Positions 61,728 to 64,000 of a DNA stretch of 64,000 nucleotides are shown here, one piece after another. A program made the translations under genes and the position numbers. Source of the stretch: an uncultured Candidatus Binatia bacterium. Its GTDB lineage: Bacteria; Desulfobacterota; Binatia; Bin18. Location of the stretch: contig OZ243961.1 of assembly GCA_965214605.1 (NCBI GenBank), positions 3,904,001 through 3,968,000 on the forward strand, in the 5' to 3' direction. Within the stretch, counting starts at the first letter, position 1; every line of letters begins with the position of its first letter. The notes beneath the pieces are model-generated. The model worked only from the letters and a program-made list of their open reading frames with translations, ran no database searches and was not told the origin of the DNA.

Positions 61728-62450
61728 TTACTCTCTGGTCAGGAGCAGGTCCGGGCTGACCATAGCTCCTCCGAACGCGGCGGCGTTAACCGTCGCCTTG
61801 GAGGCGATCACGGCTTTGGAGTTCTTGTCGACCAGGCTGTCGGCTAGTTCGCGTACCGTGGCCGCTAGGGCGTCCTTTTTGACAACTCGGTTGAGCAGCC
61901 CTAGGGGGACTAATTCCTCGGCCATATAACGGCGGCAGGTGATGATGATCTCTTTGGCCACTGTTGGGCCGACATGGGCGGTCAGCAGGGCGGTTGAATC
62001 CGGGCTCAGCGGAACCCCGAGGTCTACTTCGGGAAACCAAAATTGGGCAGCTTCCACCGCGATCCGAAAATCACAGCCCAGGGCCAGCGCCCAGCCGCCG
62101 CCGACCGCATAGCCGTTGATCGCGGCGATGGTGATCGGCTCGAGGTGCACGAGGGTGTCCAAAATCCGCCCGACTAGACGCCCCCGGCGCTGTCTATAGC
62201 TGGCGAAGAGACGCTCCCGTTCATGCCTGTCGGCGATCCCCTTGGTCTGAGTCAGGTCGGCTCCGGCAGAAAACGTATTGCCGGTACCGGTCAAGATCAT
62301 GACCCGAACGTCCGGATCGTCGCGGACCTGGTGGAGCAGCCCTTCGAGTTCGTGCAGGATCTCCTCGTTTAGCGGGTTGCGTTTTTCGGGTCGGTTAAAG
62401 GTCAGTGTGGCAATCCGTCCATCTTTTTCCAGCACAAAATGATCTGGCAT
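61728..62450 (-). CDS. enoyl-CoA hydratase/isomerase
   Basis: NRPEKRN, FSAGADL, PEVDLG. Confidence 0.88.
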   Translation of the reverse strand: MPDHFVLEKDGRIATLTFNRPEKRNPLNEEILHELEGLLHQVRDDPDVRVMILTGTGNTFSAGADLTQTKGIADRHERERLFASYRQRRGRLVGRILDTLVHLEPITIAAINGYAVGGGWALALGCDFRIAVEAAQFWFPEVDLGVPLSPDSTALLTAHVGPTVAKEIIITCRRYMAEELVPLGLLNRVVKKDALAATVRELADSLVDKNSKAVIASKATVNAAAFGGAMVSPDLLLTRE

Positions 62451-62583
62451 ACTCTCCCTCCCTGCGGCGGCTGCCTAGTCTATCCGGACAGGCCGCAGGC
62501 TGGCAAGAGTTGTTCGGCTCTTGGCAGCTCGGCCGCAGAAAGGCTATGTAAACCTGATATTACACACCACAGCGGAGGGAGCT

Positions 62584-63354
62584 ATGGATCTGGGACTTAC
62601 AGGGAAAGTAGCGATGGTCAGCGGGGCTAGCCGTGGGATTGGCAGAGCAATTGCGCGGGGTCTGGCCGCGGAAGGCTGCCGAGTCAGCATATGTGCGCGG
62701 GGCCAGGAAGCGCTGGAGCAGACAGCTGAGGAAATTCGCAGCCAGGGGGGCGAGGCTCTGGCCGCGGCTCTTGATGTTTCGAAGGAAAGCGAAGCCAAGG
62801 GGTGGGTTGAGGCAACACGCCAGCAGTACAGCGCCGTCGATATCTTGGTCAACAATGTTGGCGGTTCACGTCCGGGTGGCAATCTGGACGCCTCAGGTGA
62901 AGATTGGCAGAAGGGCTTTGCCCTCAATTTCTTTTCAGCGCTCGATCTGTGTCGGCTGGTTGTGCCAGCTATGCGGGAGCAAAAGAGTGGCTGCGTGATC
63001 AACATTAGCTCGATCTATGGTCGTGAGTGGGGGGGGCCGATGACGTACAACGCGTCCAAAGCCGCTATGATTAGCCTGTCCAAGGAAATGGCCCGCGAGT
63101 TGGCACCGCATGGCGTTCGGGTCAACAGCGTGGCACCTGGCTCGATTTTGTTTCCCGGCGGGTCGTGGGAGCGACGTCGGCAGGAGAATCCGGAGGGTAT
63201 TGCGGCGTTCATTAAGGCCGAGCTGCCGGCGGGCCGCTTTGGCACGGTTGAGGAGGTGGCCGATGTGGTGGTGTTCCTGGCTTCGGGTCGGGCAAATTGG
63301 GTATCCGGAGCCTGTATTACGGTTGATGGCTGTCAGTCGCGGTCGTTAATTTAA
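62584..63354 (+). CDS. SDR family oxidoreductase
   Basis: GASRGIG, YNASK, VNSVAPG. Confidence 0.9.
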   Translation: MDLGLTGKVAMVSGASRGIGRAIARGLAAEGCRVSICARGQEALEQTAEEIRSQGGEALAAALDVSKESEAKGWVEATRQQYSAVDILVNNVGGSRPGGNLDASGEDWQKGFALNFFSALDLCRLVVPAMREQKSGCVINISSIYGREWGGPMTYNASKAAMISLSKEMARELAPHGVRVNSVAPGSILFPGGSWERRRQENPEGIAAFIKAELPAGRFGTVEEVADVVVFLASGRANWVSGACITVDGCQSRSLI

Positions 63355-63480
63355 TCTGGGAGGATTTGGCTGCTGCCGCTGAGGGTCCAATCAGTCGCGT
63401 TGTGAGGATGACCACCCTACTGAGACACAAGATCACCCAAAACGCTAGTCCATCGCGGGAGAGGAAAGTTGGAGAGAGGC

Positions 63481-64000
63481 ATGAATGAGCGCTATGAAAC
63501 TTTAGAATTACGACGTGATAAAGACGTACTGTGGCTGGTCTTGAACCGTCCGGCCGTGCTGAATGCGTTAAATAGCCTGCTGGTTAACGAGCTGCACGTC
63601 TGCCTGGATGAGCTGGCGGCCGACCACAGCGTGCGGGTGGTGATCTTGCGCGGTGCCGGACGGGCGTTTTGCGCCGGACTTGATCTGAAGGAGGCGGGCG
63701 ACGCAGAGGGACGCGGGTCGGTTGCCGAGGGCCTGCGCGGACAGCGGCACATTGCCGAGCTGGCGATTAAAATCCACCGTGCTCCCCAGCCGTTTATTGC
63801 CGCCATCCATGGGGCGGCCGCGGGCGGGGGATTTGGTCTGGCCCTGGCCAGCGATATTCGGATTGCGGCTGAGTCGGCGCGGATGAATGCCGCCTTTATT
63901 CGGATTGGCCTATCGGCGTGTGACGTGGGGGTCAGCTATTTTCTGCCGCGTGTGGTCGGGACTTCGGTCGCCTCAGAACTCTTGCTGACCGGTGAGTTTA
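63481..64000 (+). CDS. enoyl-CoA hydratase/isomerase (3' end runs off the window)
   Basis: Manual translation MNERYETL...LNRP...FCAGLDL...GGGFGLALASDIR. Confidence 0.85.
   Translation, partial: MNERYETLELRRDKDVLWLVLNRPAVLNALNSLLVNELHVCLDELAADHSVRVVILRGAGRAFCAGLDLKEAGDAEGRGSVAEGLRGQRHIAELAIKIHRAPQPFIAAIHGAAAGGGFGLALASDIRIAAESARMNAAFIRIGLSACDVGVSYFLPRVVGTSVASELLLTGEF

Overview
GC-rich bacterial chromosomal window. The gene content (LLM oxidoreductases, amidohydrolases, crotonases, ACADs, CaiB, eno, ftsB, infA) is Binatia/deltaproteobacterial-like; that taxonomy is inference only. A ~20.7-kb accessory island (~15430-36200) carries a complete minus-strand type I-D CRISPR-Cas system (WYL-cas10d[cas11d]-cas7-cas5-cas3'-cas6-cas4-cas1-cas2) and a 76-repeat/75-spacer array. 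Most interesting signals, all read by hand: (1) a crRNA-like element between WYL and cas10d with a covarying pseudo-repeat hairpin, whose guide matches a GTT-PAM site ~100 bp away in the cas upstream region, just above an SD-ATG-AGA-TGA minigene (candidate CreR/CreTA-like module in type I-D); (2) a detached one-spacer mini-array behind a second copy of the WYL promoter and palindrome; (3) an orphan type I-E-like two-repeat mini-array; (4) a strong G-tail bias at spacer 3' ends that mirrors a G6 run at the leader end; (5) a rhodanese-class III nucleotide cyclase fusion with two in-frame UGA codons (U-x-U) followed by a SECIS-like hairpin. No database searches were possible.
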